A DNA stretch of 64,000 nt from NCBI RefSeq assembly GCF_009914755.1, contig NC_060936.1. One strand, 5' to 3'. The DNA is from the human T2T-CHM13v2.0 reference genome, Homo sapiens. A program made the position numbers and the translations under genes. The notes beneath the pieces were generated by a model. It saw only the letters and a program-made list of their open reading frames with translations, was not told the DNA's origin and did not search any database. Below, in pieces: positions 21,308 through 36,252 of the stretch. How positions within the stretch are numbered: the stretch's first letter is position 1; each line of letters begins with the position of its first letter.

Positions 21308-21467
21308 AGCGTGGTTTCAATCTTTGGAGGTGGAAGCTGTTCGGGGACAAGCAGCCCCCAGCCCCTGCTTTTAACAGAGCTGTTCTGATTTTATTCATTT
21401 TACATGAGGCCTCCAATATTATTTTGTTTGATGGGTTCCACCTGTCAAAAAAGTTCGACCAGCATTG
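21308..21467. mobile_element. MER117-like hAT-Charlie fragment
   Basis: ttttattcattttacat...gggttccac...aaaaaagttcgaccagcattg resembles the MER117 end. Confidence 0.45.
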
Positions 21468-21553
21468 TCTTAAGAGGAATTCTGGTTTTCTGGAGTGGAG
21501 AATGCAGATCACTTTCTCAAAACTTTCATTCTTGTGCCAGGCGCAGTGGCTCA

Positions 21554-21828
<275 letters not shown>

Positions 21829-22364
21829 TCATTCTAGCAAGATTATATTGACCTCAGCAAGATTATGGCTTCTAAAAATAAAAGTATAAAAACACAGCAT
21901 TCATGGCAACCAAAATGTGCACCCAATGAGTAATTTGCACTGCAGCAAATCTTAAGATTGCCTGCTTGCTCTCCTCTCCTCAGTCCACCCTCCTAAGTAA
22001 TACCCAATGGCCCTAGAACAGTGAGAGGAACATGGGGCAGATCTGAAACCAATCTAAGCCAAGCTAGTGAGTAAAATCCAGCTAACCCTGTGATCCACGC
22101 TGAATCTGGGTCCTTCACTTATGCTGGACAGCCTCCTGAGCGGAGGACCATGTGAGTCTACGATCTGTCCATTCCACCTCTCAATCTGAAGGGCAAGCAC
22201 TAGAGAAGATATGTGGTGTTTGTAGGTCAGTAATCAAAACTTGGGAAGGCCTGTAATCCCAGCACTTTGGGAGGCTGAGGCAGGCGAATCACTTGAGGTC
22301 AGGAGTTTGAGACCAGCCTGGCCAACGTAGTAAAACCCCGTCTCTGCTAAAAATATAAAAATTA

Positions 22365-22553
<189 letters not shown>

Positions 22554-23020
22554 TCATTATGGTAAACTAACAGCAGGTATGGAACAGGACTCCTTGAGGG
22601 GCTTGTGGAGCTGGTGAATGAGCAAAGCCCCATCAGATGGTAAAAATCTTCTGCCAACCTCAGCAAAAACACCCTTTATCCCACCCGCTCCCTCTGCCAC
22701 ACCTACCTAACTTGCCAGGGAAAGGTCAAGCCAGTCTGTCCAAGAATATAACGACCAGTTTACTGTTCTCTTGTTCACCAGCCCTGAACAACTGGTGTGT
22801 GGGATGGTCCTCTCTGGGAGACATGGTGTTTGATACTGTGCTAATTGGGTGGCTAGAAAAAAAAAAGGAATACGCACTTTTAAGTGACATTTTAGAATTG
22901 TTTCAAGAGTTGCACCAAATATGCATTTTGGCTGAATGAGTATTAAAATCAGTATTTGGTGGTCATAGCTAAATATCGCTATTAGGAAACTGATTGTTTG
23001 GAACACAAGAATGAATTTGA

Positions 23021-23263
<243 letters not shown>

Positions 23264-23344
23264 TGATACCATTTAATTATTACAATCATCAGAATTCTCC
23301 CAAGTTTGATGCTGGGCTGGTATGCTACTTTTTTTCTTTTTTGA

Positions 23345-23686
<342 letters not shown>

Positions 23687-24082
23687 TAATACTAAATAGA
23701 TGCTCACTTTGAGGTTGGTGGAAAGGCAAGTTGCTTTTTGGCTGGTCCTACCACCAAATTGGTTGTTCCATCCCAATAGCAAGGTAAAGACTTATGTCTT
23801 CCTTCTCAATTCCTAGACTTAAAAAATCTGGTTGATGCCAGTGCCTTTACACAACCCCTCAATCTCAAGCTTTGGGCAGTGCCTCAGGATGCTTTCTGAG
23901 ATGCACTTAAAAGACTTGCCGTACTGATTCATTCCTGATATTTTGCATGCCTTATATTTTAAAATTCTTACAAACTTTTGTTAGTTCAAGAGTATAAAGT
24001 TCTTGAACTTATGTAGGTAAAATTCTATTTCCCTATTACTGCAAACTTTCTTAGTTTTAACTTTTTTTTTTTTTTGAGATAG

Positions 24083-24358
<276 letters not shown>

Positions 24359-25054
24359 TAGTTTTAACTTTTTGATTACAAAACTGTTTACATGATTAAC
24401 TGAAGTGCTTTAATCCTCTAACATATTTATCTTTCAAATAACTGACATAATTCTCACAACTGAAATACTTACCTGTGTTTGAAATTATTGGAATACTTGT
24501 AATACATCTGGATGACAACAAGTCCGTTGGAGCTACAGCTGATCAGATGGGATGGCAGTCATCTCTGTGATCACACAACTATGAACCACCCACTAATTCA
24601 GGGATGCACTAATGCAAGTACTCAATTCTATTTGAGTCGTAGGCTGAAGGTGTTGATAGTCCATCATTTCCACTCTTCTGAAGCTCACACGTTGGCAAGG
24701 ATGAATGAAAAGTGACTTCTGCCTGTGCCTGGCCCAAGTTTTCCTAATCAAAGTTCCTGTGTGTTGCCATTGGTCTAAATCTTAGGGCTATTCATTGGTC
24801 TTATACCAGGGCTGTTTCCTGAATGCTTATGACTAAGGCAAGTTGTAGATTTTTGGTGGGCTAATCCTCACAATCCCATCGTTAAGTATTCTAGTTATTC
24901 CTCTTCTGTGGGTGAGAAGGAAACCAAAGCCTGGGGCAGAGGGTGCCATGTTCTTCCAGTCTGGGCTGATGCATACATCTGATTTGCAGGACTGAAAGTT
25001 CTTACTCATCAAAACCACCCCTGCAGATTCAAGCCAGCTGGTACATGAGGTTGA

Positions 25055-25222
<168 letters not shown>

Positions 25223-26598
25223 TGAGTAACTGGGACTACATGCGCCCATCACCATGCCCGGCTAATTTTTTCTATTTTTTTTAGTAGAGACAGGGTTTCA
25301 CCGTGTTAGCCAGGATGGTCTCGATCTCCTGACCTTGTAATCCGCCTGCCTCAGCCTCCCAAAGTGCTGGGATTACAGGTGTGAGCCACCATGCCCGGCC
25401 TCAAACCCACTTTCTGGAAGTTTTCTTTAACGTCTTCTATAGACCCAAACATGAGGAAGACATTCCTTCTTTGTTCTGATGCAGATCCTCAGCTTTGTCC
25501 CTTCTACTAATTTCAGGTGATACTTGGATTACATGGCCCTTGTCTCCGTGTCTCAATTCACATGGTGTCTGCAAACTGCCAAAATAAACCTAAGATTTTT
25601 CATGCAGCACTTCCCTGCAATGGTTCCTTTGTGTTTTTTGGTATCATGATGCCTTAACTTGGTAGCTTGTATCTTCACTTCCCAGCAAACTGAATTCCCT
25701 TTCAAACGCTCATCATGGACCCACATTGAGAAATTTGATTGATATTCCTTTCCATCAGTTTAAATCATGTGCCTTCTTCATGGCTCAGCATTCAGTAATT
25801 TTTTCCTAGTCCCTGTGTTCCATATCCCATTTATGTGTATGTTACTTGAGAACTCTGGCCTTAAATCAAGGTACTTCAAGAACAAGGGTTATATGTGAGC
25901 ATCTGTGCTGTCCACTGCAACTAGACATGGGCAGGCCTAGTTTGTGTACCAAATCAGCAATTTCTATGGGAGGGTATTACATAGATGATTGAGCGACTAA
26001 GGATGCCTAGCACCTGCCTTTCTGTATGGTTTTGTAATGGTGCTGTCATCTTGTGACCCAGAATACTTGACAAAAACAAAACCAAACCAAAACACTTAAT
26101 AGAATAGTATCACACTAATAATTACAACTTCCTCTTTCCTAGTTACTTCTTTTGCATATGCTGAAAACATCCATGATGGTGTTCCCTTATGCAGTAAATG
26201 CTCAGACATACTTAGCTATCCATGGCTTGGTATCAGGTGCAAAGCAAAGCAAAGGCAAGTGACACTTCAAACTCAGCCAACCGAGATGTGCAAAGACACG
26301 AAAGAACTGGGATCGATAAGATAACCAAAAGCAAACATTTAGCAAATACCACCGAGTTGAGCATTCTAAAGACACCACACAACTTCACTCAAGATTCACA
26401 ATGTGAGACGGCTTCTGCTATGGACGTTTCATAGCTAGGAACACAGTGGCTCAGCATTCAGGTCACTCACTCAAATCAGGTAGGAGGGGCCAAGACTTGG
26501 GTTATCACACACATCTCAAGTTCTGCTGTCAAACAGATTTCAAACTGAGTCTCTCCTAATGATCTCAGGTCCTAAAACCAAAGATTAATCTTGTCTTC

Positions 26599-26735
26599 TA
26601 CTTGACCAATGTTCCTTAAGAAAAATTTGAGCCAGATACCACACTCCAATAATGATATAATCCTTAGTACTTGATAAATGTTCCTTAAGAAAAACTTGAG
26701 CCTGATACCACACTCCAATAATGATATAATCCTAG
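26599..26735. repeat. 2x69-bp tandem duplication (4 substitutions, 1 indel)
   Basis: tacttga..aatgttccttaagaaaaa.ttgagcc.gataccacactccaataatgatataatcct twice. Confidence 0.93.
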
Positions 26736-27530
26736 TAGAGCAGCCCAATTTTACTTTATAGCATTTTGAAATCCTAGTATCAATTCATTAACATTCAGGA
26801 CATAAAGATGTGCAGAATTTGCCTTTGACACAATTATCATTCACTGTTTTCTTCCTATAGTCAAAGAAGTCTGGGAGAATATTACGTAAAAGTGAAACAG
26901 CACAAGTTTGGATATTGTCAATGTGGAGCAGGCAGGTAATGAGGTCCCCCTTCCCTCTTTGATGGGAGCATGGCAGGGTCCAGATGCCTCAGGACCGGGG
27001 CTTGTTAGCAGAGGGGAGTCCATGGCCCTGTGCTCTTCTGTGTCCTTCAAAGAGTTCCTCGCTAGGTCCTCTGCCAACGCCCTCAGGGAGACCACTTTGT
27101 AACAGGAAAAAAAGCTTTTCAAATGACATGCTCTTCACTCATTTTTAGCGTACCTTTGAGAAATTAAGATACATACTTGTGACAAAATATGACATGATAC
27201 TGTGTTCCATATAAACCAGGGAAGGGGGAAGAGATCAAAGAACTGTGCATGAAAATATAGGTGGCTGACTCAGAAAACAAAGTGAGCTGCTTTCAAATTC
27301 GCCACTAAGTTCAAGTGAACCCAGACAGTAAGAAAACTATGGACACAGATTAATCCCCATCTCCCCAAATGGTAGAGGAGGATCGTTCCACCTCATCACT
27401 CTATTACACAAATAGATGTCTCCAGGTTACAACTCAAAGAGTATTAGTATCTGTATTATAATCCATCTTTGGAAAACAGACTATTTGAAAGAAGCAAAAC
27501 CAAAATGCAACCGTGTGGTTTCCAGAGCAA

Positions 27531-27536
27531 TTTATT
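27531..27536 (-). terminator. Poly(A) signal AATAAA of PPP1CC
   Basis: tttatt on + strand; GT/T-rich downstream element (ggttgcattttggttttgcttctttc) follows on the minus strand. Confidence 0.85.
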
Positions 27537-27625
27537 CAGGAAAATCTATTCAATATGCCATCAACAGTTCTCCTGTGTGTATTGTGCTGATAAATAGACA
27601 CTGAGAAGATTTAACAAGTTCATCA

Positions 27626-27631
27626 TTTAAT
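27626..27631 (-). terminator. Proximal poly(A) signal ATTAAA
   Basis: tttaat on + strand; TGTA (CFIm) motif about 30 nt upstream. Confidence 0.6.
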
Positions 27632-27838
27632 AAGTCTGAATTCATTTTCACCACACGGTATTGTACACGGTCATCTGTTGAAACAGATTTCTTTTTTAAC
27701 AGATCTTAGTTTAAAAAAGTCATAGGTACTGTGAGTTCTGTATAAACTGGTGGACAGTAAGTTAGTTCCTTTGTTTTAACTTATAAGCCTCAACTTCACC
27801 GCAGAATAAAGAATGTAGGCCAAAGAAAGCATAATCGG

Positions 27839-27909
27839 TCACTCGTATAGAACAGTATTGTTTCTATAATTTGAAGCTTTCTGAATGGACGGGTTCAGGC
27901 CTGATGCAA
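27839..27909 (-). CDS. PPP1CC: PP1gamma2-specific last coding exon (VASGLNPSIQKASNYRNNTVLYE*)
   Basis: Acceptor tctttttacag at 27910; joined to the 28810 donor it gives 337 aa with the known testis gamma2 tail; TGA at 27841-27839. Confidence 0.96.
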
Positions 27910-28780
27910 CTGTAAAAAGATTACTTAATGAATAGACTATATGGAAATTGTATAAAATGTTATTACCTTTTATCGTTAGTAGCTTAAACAGCACTATATC
28001 ACTAATTGCTATTCAAAATCAAAAACCTGTTTTTGAATCCCCAAGAAGGCAGCATGTGTATACAACCATACCACCTTGTACTTAGGGGTGTGTCAAAACA
28101 TAATTCAACAGAAACTTTGGCTTTAGGAAAGAGTCACAAATATTTAAAAGAATGGCTTTGTCATTTTAAGTATACGGTCGGGGAAAAGTGTGCTTTAATT
28201 AAATATACATCATACCAGTGATGCTGGCAAGGTTGAAAGTTACTCCTAATGTTGATAGCTATAAAAACTAGTTTGTACATAACAAGACAATGAGAGGAAA
28301 AAGCAATCCCTTTGAAACAAAATTCTCAAATAAAAAATGTTCACAGTGGTTTGTATCAACAGTATGCATTTTATGACAAGAACATGTACAGATTCAGAGC
28401 ACCCTAGGGCTCTCTTTATGTCCTAAAGAAAATGAGCATTTACATGATTATGGGTTGTACTGAATTAAAAAAGATCAATTGTACACTTACTCCTCAGACA
28501 GGATAAACTGTCCTGGGGTGTACAGCTTTAACACCATCATTAAAATTGTTTGCAAAAGGAACAGAGAATTAAAAAACAAAACACTTTTCTTTTTGGAGTG
28601 AAGAGTCTTTCATTTGCTGTTATAACCAGCAAATGCCATTCACTAAATCAAAAATGGAAGGAAGGGCCCCCACAAACACAGATCTATCTGAGCAAGCTGA
28701 CCAGTACACATTACAGTCTTAAAAATGAAGGTTATATACTCTATGTTACAAGTCCCGACTAGGCAGTGTCAAAACGACAT

Positions 28781-28870
28781 CTATTTCTTTGCTTGCTTTG
28801 TGATCATACCCCTTGGAGGCGTTACAGGTCTCGTGGCATTTGGCTTCTTTTTCTCTGCAGGCTTTAAAAT
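28781..28870 (-). CDS. PPP1CC: PPP1CC exon 7, PP1gamma1 C-terminus ([29 protein letters not shown]); gamma2 uses only 28810-28870
   Basis: Acceptor aatctccag; TAG at 28783-28781; contains Thr311 TPPR CDK site; internal donor GGG|GTATGA after 28810. Confidence 0.97.
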   Translation of the reverse strand: MLKPAEKKKPNATRPVTPPRGMITKQAKK

Positions 28871-29809
28871 CTGGAGATTCAAAAGACAGTTAATTTAGGA
28901 AATATACTCAACCCCAAATCTTAAGAGTCCTTAAATTTCATTCAGATCTTCTGTTCAGATGGTGTTCACAACTGCCCCAACAACTGTAAAAGCCCCCCTA
29001 GCATATTAACACAAGCTATGTTGAATGTAAACATTTGGTAATTAACGCTATGACGAACAGATAAAATCTATTATCTGGACAAATTATTTTGCCTCTGAGT
29101 ATAATGACAATCTTCTGAAGTCTACACCTGGTAGTATCTTTAGCTACTCCTTCTGATACAGGGGAAAAAGTTCTTTACAAAAGTGTTTCTCCAACCTGTA
29201 GGGGATCCTTGCACAATCTTTGGAATTTTGAAAGCTGCAAGTTCTCTCTGATAATTGGTAAAAAACTATTTTAATTCATTTAACTGATGAGTGCCACATG
29301 ATTTGGTGGCTGTATTTATGTTTATGACTAGGCTGGCTTGAAGTTGTACAAGTATCATAATAAGCAAATGAGAAAAAGGCTGAGGCAGATTCTAAATAAT
29401 GCTTTTGTGCCAACTGAAGGCCAAATGATGTCATGGTACATTAACAGAAGTTTTGTGGAAGTTAGACTAGAGGGCAGAACTAAGTAAACACATAGCACAA
29501 GGCACTCAGTACTTTTCACATTCAAGTGGTGATTTAATTTTAGCTGAACATTACATTGTCATTAAGGTTTTAGATTTACAGTAAAAGAGCCATAAGCATT
29601 AAGGAGCCAATATGCAATGCAAAAATTTATAATTCAACACTGGGAAAAGGTGCCATAATTAATTTTTTCTTTTACAAGGGATCCACACATTATTCAACTA
29701 TAATACACACTGGTTAAGGGAAAATAAAAACTTAGCCTACTCAGCATAAGTGAACACTAGGCAAAAAGTAGCAATTATATTTTTCAATCAGCAAAGTGTA
29801 AACATATTA

Positions 29810-29992
<183 letters not shown>

Positions 29993-30113
29993 TCAATATA
30001 AATAGGTGCAAATATTAGGTGAGTAAAACCATGTTTCAGTTTCCCATTGAGCCTGATATCTTGTGTTCCAGAAACACTTTGTATAAATAAGCAATACCTA
30101 CCCACCAAAATCA

Positions 30114-30404
<291 letters not shown>

Positions 30405-30829
30405 TCAATGAGGAAAAAAAAAAAATGAAGAAAGCAGAACTTTTAAAAGGATACTACCCCTTCAAAAGTTCCATTTGTCTACAGAGAAATTCAATAATCC
30501 TGACATAAAAACTGAAATCTATGATTATATTTTATTTACTTTTGGTTAAAAGAAAAAAACACAGAAAAAGGACAACTGGATACACACTAGAATTACATGC
30601 AGTAATGCATGGGGTGCAGTAGGTTTAAACAGTACATGGAAACAATTATATTATACAGAACACTGTAAAATAAAATCCAGTGATTTAAAAAACTCTTCTA
30701 TGGGCTTCCCCCAGTTGATGACAATAATGAGCGATGTTATGATTGATGGCTTATAATGACTGAGCTGAGAAGATAAGGATGCTCAGTGTGAGGTAGTTCT
30801 CTAGGAAACCTGCACTGTTCACAGACCAT

Positions 30830-31108
30830 TAAAATCTACAAGAGCTTATTGTATCGAGTTACAATATGGGATGCATATTGTAAGAGTTAAAAACCATGTA
30901 TCCAACTCTACCAAAACCTAAGTACAGAAGCACAGAGATAAAAGACATTATGCAGGCTTTTTGATGGCTAAAATCTACAAGAGCTTATTGTATCGAGTTA
31001 CAATATGGGATGCATATTGTAAGAGTTAAAAACCATGTATCCAACTCTACCAAAACCTAAGTACAGAAGCACAGAGATAAAAGACATTATGCAGGCTTTT
31101 TGATGGCT
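30830..31108. repeat. Perfect 2x139-bp tandem duplication in intron 4
   Basis: 30830-30968 is identical to 30969-31107. Confidence 0.97.
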
Positions 31109-31239
31109 GATTAATTTCAGACCATACAGGAAAAGAAATTCTCTTTGCAATTACTATTTTAATTACATTATAGAAAGCACAACCACTGAGCAAAGCAAAA
31201 CAGCTTATAACATATATATGTATATATTTTCAGAGATAG

Positions 31240-31422
<183 letters not shown>

Positions 31423-32338
31423 TAGGCTGTTCTCATATTCATGGCATCAAGCAATCCTCCTGGCTTGGCCTCTCCAAAGTGCTGGAATTACAGATGCGAG
31501 CCACTATGCCTGGCCAAAATAACTTTTAAAATCCAAGTCAGAGAAAGTTCTGAGAGGATAAAAAACAATCAAGGGAAAATCTACTCACATCTTGAGTGTT
31601 CTAGAGGATCTCTGGCACAACAAATTACACATTGTTCATTTTATAGTTAAAAACACTCTTCTGCCGGGCGTGGTGGCTCAAGTCTGTAATCCCAGCACTT
31701 TGGGAGGCCGAGGCGGGCAGATCACGAGGTCAGGAGATTGAGACCATCCTGGCTAACACGGTGAAGCCCCGTCTCTACTAAAAATACAAAAAATTAGCCA
31801 AGCGTGGTGGCGGGTGGCTGCAGTCCCAGCTACTCAGGAGGCTGAGGCAGGAGAATGGCGTGAACCTGGGAGGCAGAGCTTGCAGTGAGCCGAGATGGTG
31901 CCACTGCGCTCCAGCCTGGGTGAGAGAGCGAGACTCTGTCTCAAAAAACAAAAACAAAAACAAAAAAAACCAAAAACTTTTCTAAGCCGGGCACAGTGGC
32001 TTACACCTGTAACCCAGCACTTTGGAAGTCCGAGGCAGGAGGACTGCTTGAGCCCAGGAATTTGTGACCAGACTGGGCAACGTGGTGAGAACTCATCCTT
32101 ACAAAAAATAAAATAAAAATAAAAATTTTCTGCTCTATTTTCAAACCTAGCTTACAGAGTCTAGAATTCCCTGTAATAAATCAATTCCTTAAGATTTTTA
32201 TCCAAATGATCCTGGCTGTATCAGAGTGAAAGTGCAATGCAACACATCAACAAAGGAGAGTGTTCTGTCAGAGAAAGTCATCCCAATGATAACTCACAAA
32301 TGTTAAAGTGTTCACCCTTTGGAAGGGATCAAAACCTA

Positions 32339-32512
<174 letters not shown>

Positions 32513-32639
32513 TGTTCCGTAGGCTCATTCTCTCAGGATTAACTTCCCCCAAAGCAAGATTCTGGGTGCCTTTTAAGCAAATGAAACTATGTTTTTATTA
32601 AGAATCTTAATAAAACCATCTTATTTTAAGGCTCTTTTA

Positions 32640-32816
<177 letters not shown>

Positions 32817-33360
32817 CTAAAAGCAATGACTTACATTTTCACATGAAATCTTTTTAAATTCCACAGAAGCATGAAACCAGAATTCCAGATTTGATAATGA
32901 TTAAGGACTGCCATCAAATCCCAGGAATTATCTGGGAGCATCAATTCTGTTTGAAATTGTCTGCTCTGTCCAATCTCACCGCAGCTAGTCCCCTACTTCT
33001 GAATTCAATTACGAACTTACACATGTGGCGTTATGACCTTCCTTCTGAGGAAACCTGAGAGTTAGCACCCATCCCCCATATATGCCCCTCAATAACCTAC
33101 TGACACCAGAGGATCCCCAGCCCTCAGTACTCTAGCAGGAGGCACAATGATCACACGGCAGTGGCTGCCTCTCACAGGCACTACAGGGCATTTGTTTCCA
33201 ACACTGCACAGACTCCACATGCTCCCACAGGCCTGATGTCACAGGATGGTCATGTTCCCTCAACAGCACAGGCATCCACACATTCTGGAGTCAGAGTGCA
33301 GTTCTGACAGAAATATGCCTCTATGCACTGTTTCTACAGGAAACTGATGTTCTGAGTTTA

Positions 33361-33765
<405 letters not shown>

Positions 33766-34077
33766 TCAAAAAACAAAACAAAACAAACAAAACAAACCAA
33801 GAGTTTGTCCTTAGTCTCTTTTCCTGGGGAATACAGGGACATCTAAAGGTTTAAACCTATACCTCTCCTTTGAGAGTTAGAGCCAGCCCAAGCAACTGAC
33901 CTGAACCACACCTCCCACCCTGTAATGCAAATCAAGCAGCTTAGGGAGTTTACCACAGGGCTTGAAATGAAATGTAAATTCAACAAATGTTTGCCTTCTC
34001 TCTGCAGAGGAGTGTTATCTTTTCTCCTAATAATTTCTGGTTTCTCAATGACTGGGTCTAACACTGACTATGGTTCA

Positions 34078-34248
<171 letters not shown>

Positions 34249-34346
34249 TCAAAAAAAAGCAAACTCCTTCTTACGAAAGGCTGAAGGGCAATCTCCAAAA
34301 ACCACCAACTCCCATTTCCAACAGCAATACTACTACTACTACCACC

Positions 34347-34571
34347 ACAGGATGAGTATCCTTAATCCAAGATGCTCCAAAATTTGGAACTTTTTGAGCA
34401 CTCACATGATGCTCAAAGGAAATGCTCACTGGAGCATTCTGGATTTCAGATTTTTGGATTAGGGATGTTTAACCAGTAATTATAACACAAATATTCCAAA
34501 ATTAAAAACAAAAACAAAAAACCTGCAACACTTCTAGTGCCAAGCATTCCCGGTAAGGAATACTTAACCTG
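34347..34571. mobile_element. Tigger4 (Zombi)-like element in intron 3
   Basis: TIR-like caggatgagtatcc...gaatacttaacctg; internal atgctcaaaggaaatgctcactggagcatt. Confidence 0.8.
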
Positions 34572-35916
34572 TATTATAAAAACAGAGCTGCTGTCTTAGC
34601 TCCCCAGTGACAGTGACTTCCTCTTTCCCCAAGGTCAGCTTCACTTCTGGATACTTTTTTTGAGGTGGGGTCTCACTGCATCACCTAGGTGGAATGAAGC
34701 GACGCAATCTTGGCTCACTGCAACCATGGTCTCCCAGGTTCCAGTGATTTTCCTGCCTCAATCTCCTGAGTGTCCGCGACTACAGGTGTGCACCACCACA
34801 GCTAATTTTTGTATTTTTAGTAGAGATGGGTTTTCCCCATGTTGGTCAGACCTCCTGACCTCTTGTGATCAGGTTGAACTCCTGACCTCAAGTGATCCAC
34901 CCACCTTGGCCTCCCAAAGTGCTGGGATTACAGGCGTGAGCTACCACGCCCCGGCTTTGATTCTTTAGTTATGCCACATACTCCAGCTTCTCCTGCTGAT
35001 TCCTGCTGGCTTCTTCATCAAAAATCAGTTTGTTTCCTCCTTTTCCCTCTCAGCACTTTAAGCGTGGGCCTGCCTCTTTCTATTCTCTCTTCATTTCCTC
35101 CCTAAGGCTACCTCAGACCACTAGGAACATCTGGCTCCTGAAAGGTTTAGCCAGGGTAATCGCCTAGCTTCCAAATCCTAAGATTCTGAGCCATAACCTA
35201 TAATGCGGTTTCGCATTACTGTACATCAGACAGCTACGGCAGCAGAAACAGATCAACAAACACTCATGTTTTACCCAACAACATATACCTCAGCCTTTCC
35301 ATCACATTTACAAAGTTAAAAAAAAAAAAAAAAGAAATGGTAGTATAAAGTACTTATGTACCTGGAAAACAGGCAGTGGTTTTTAAATTGTCCCATGAAA
35401 ATCAACATTTGAATACAACTTTTCATTTTAATAAAATTAGTTAAGTATTTTATATATATATTAAATGTCTGCAAGCCTTCAACCAAAAGCCACCTATGTC
35501 AAGGGCACTTTCATGCCCACAAGTAGACTGGATGGCAAATTATATCTGCCTGATGAGAGAGAGGAAGCTTGAGCATAAGATCTACAAATTGTGTTGATGA
35601 CCAAACAGGAGTCGAAACTGATACCAACCAACACTGATCTTCTAAGTCATTTTTTAAAGGCCTCTGCATTAAGTAGAAACCGAAACTGATGCAGCCAGTA
35701 TCATTACATTAGGATACACGTCACAAAAATGAGGTCAACTGGATTTGAATTCATCAGTGCAAACATGAAAAGTATTTGCTGGGCTAACAGCTATGTAAAA
35801 GGAATCCTTTAACTCAAGAGCAGGCCGGGCACGGTGGCTCACGCCTGTAATCCCAGCACTTTGGGAAGCAGAGGCGGGCGGATCATGAGGTCAGGAGATC
35901 GAGACCATCCTGGCTA

Positions 35917-36252
<336 letters not shown>

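Larger units (their letters stand above)
27510..28780 (-). other. PPP1CC: PPP1CC gamma1 3' UTR (retained intron 27910-28809 plus shared terminal UTR)
   Basis: Repeat-free AT-rich sequence between the gamma1 stop and the poly(A) signals. Confidence 0.88.

Noticed and set aside
28194-28199. ATTAAA inside the retained intron
   Set aside because: No GT/T-rich downstream element; the hexamer is common in AT-rich UTRs.
30715-30772. TGATGA...CTGA resembling a C/D snoRNA (similar at 20391-20452)
   Set aside because: Antisense to the host gene or intergenic, no terminal stem, no recognisable guide sequence.
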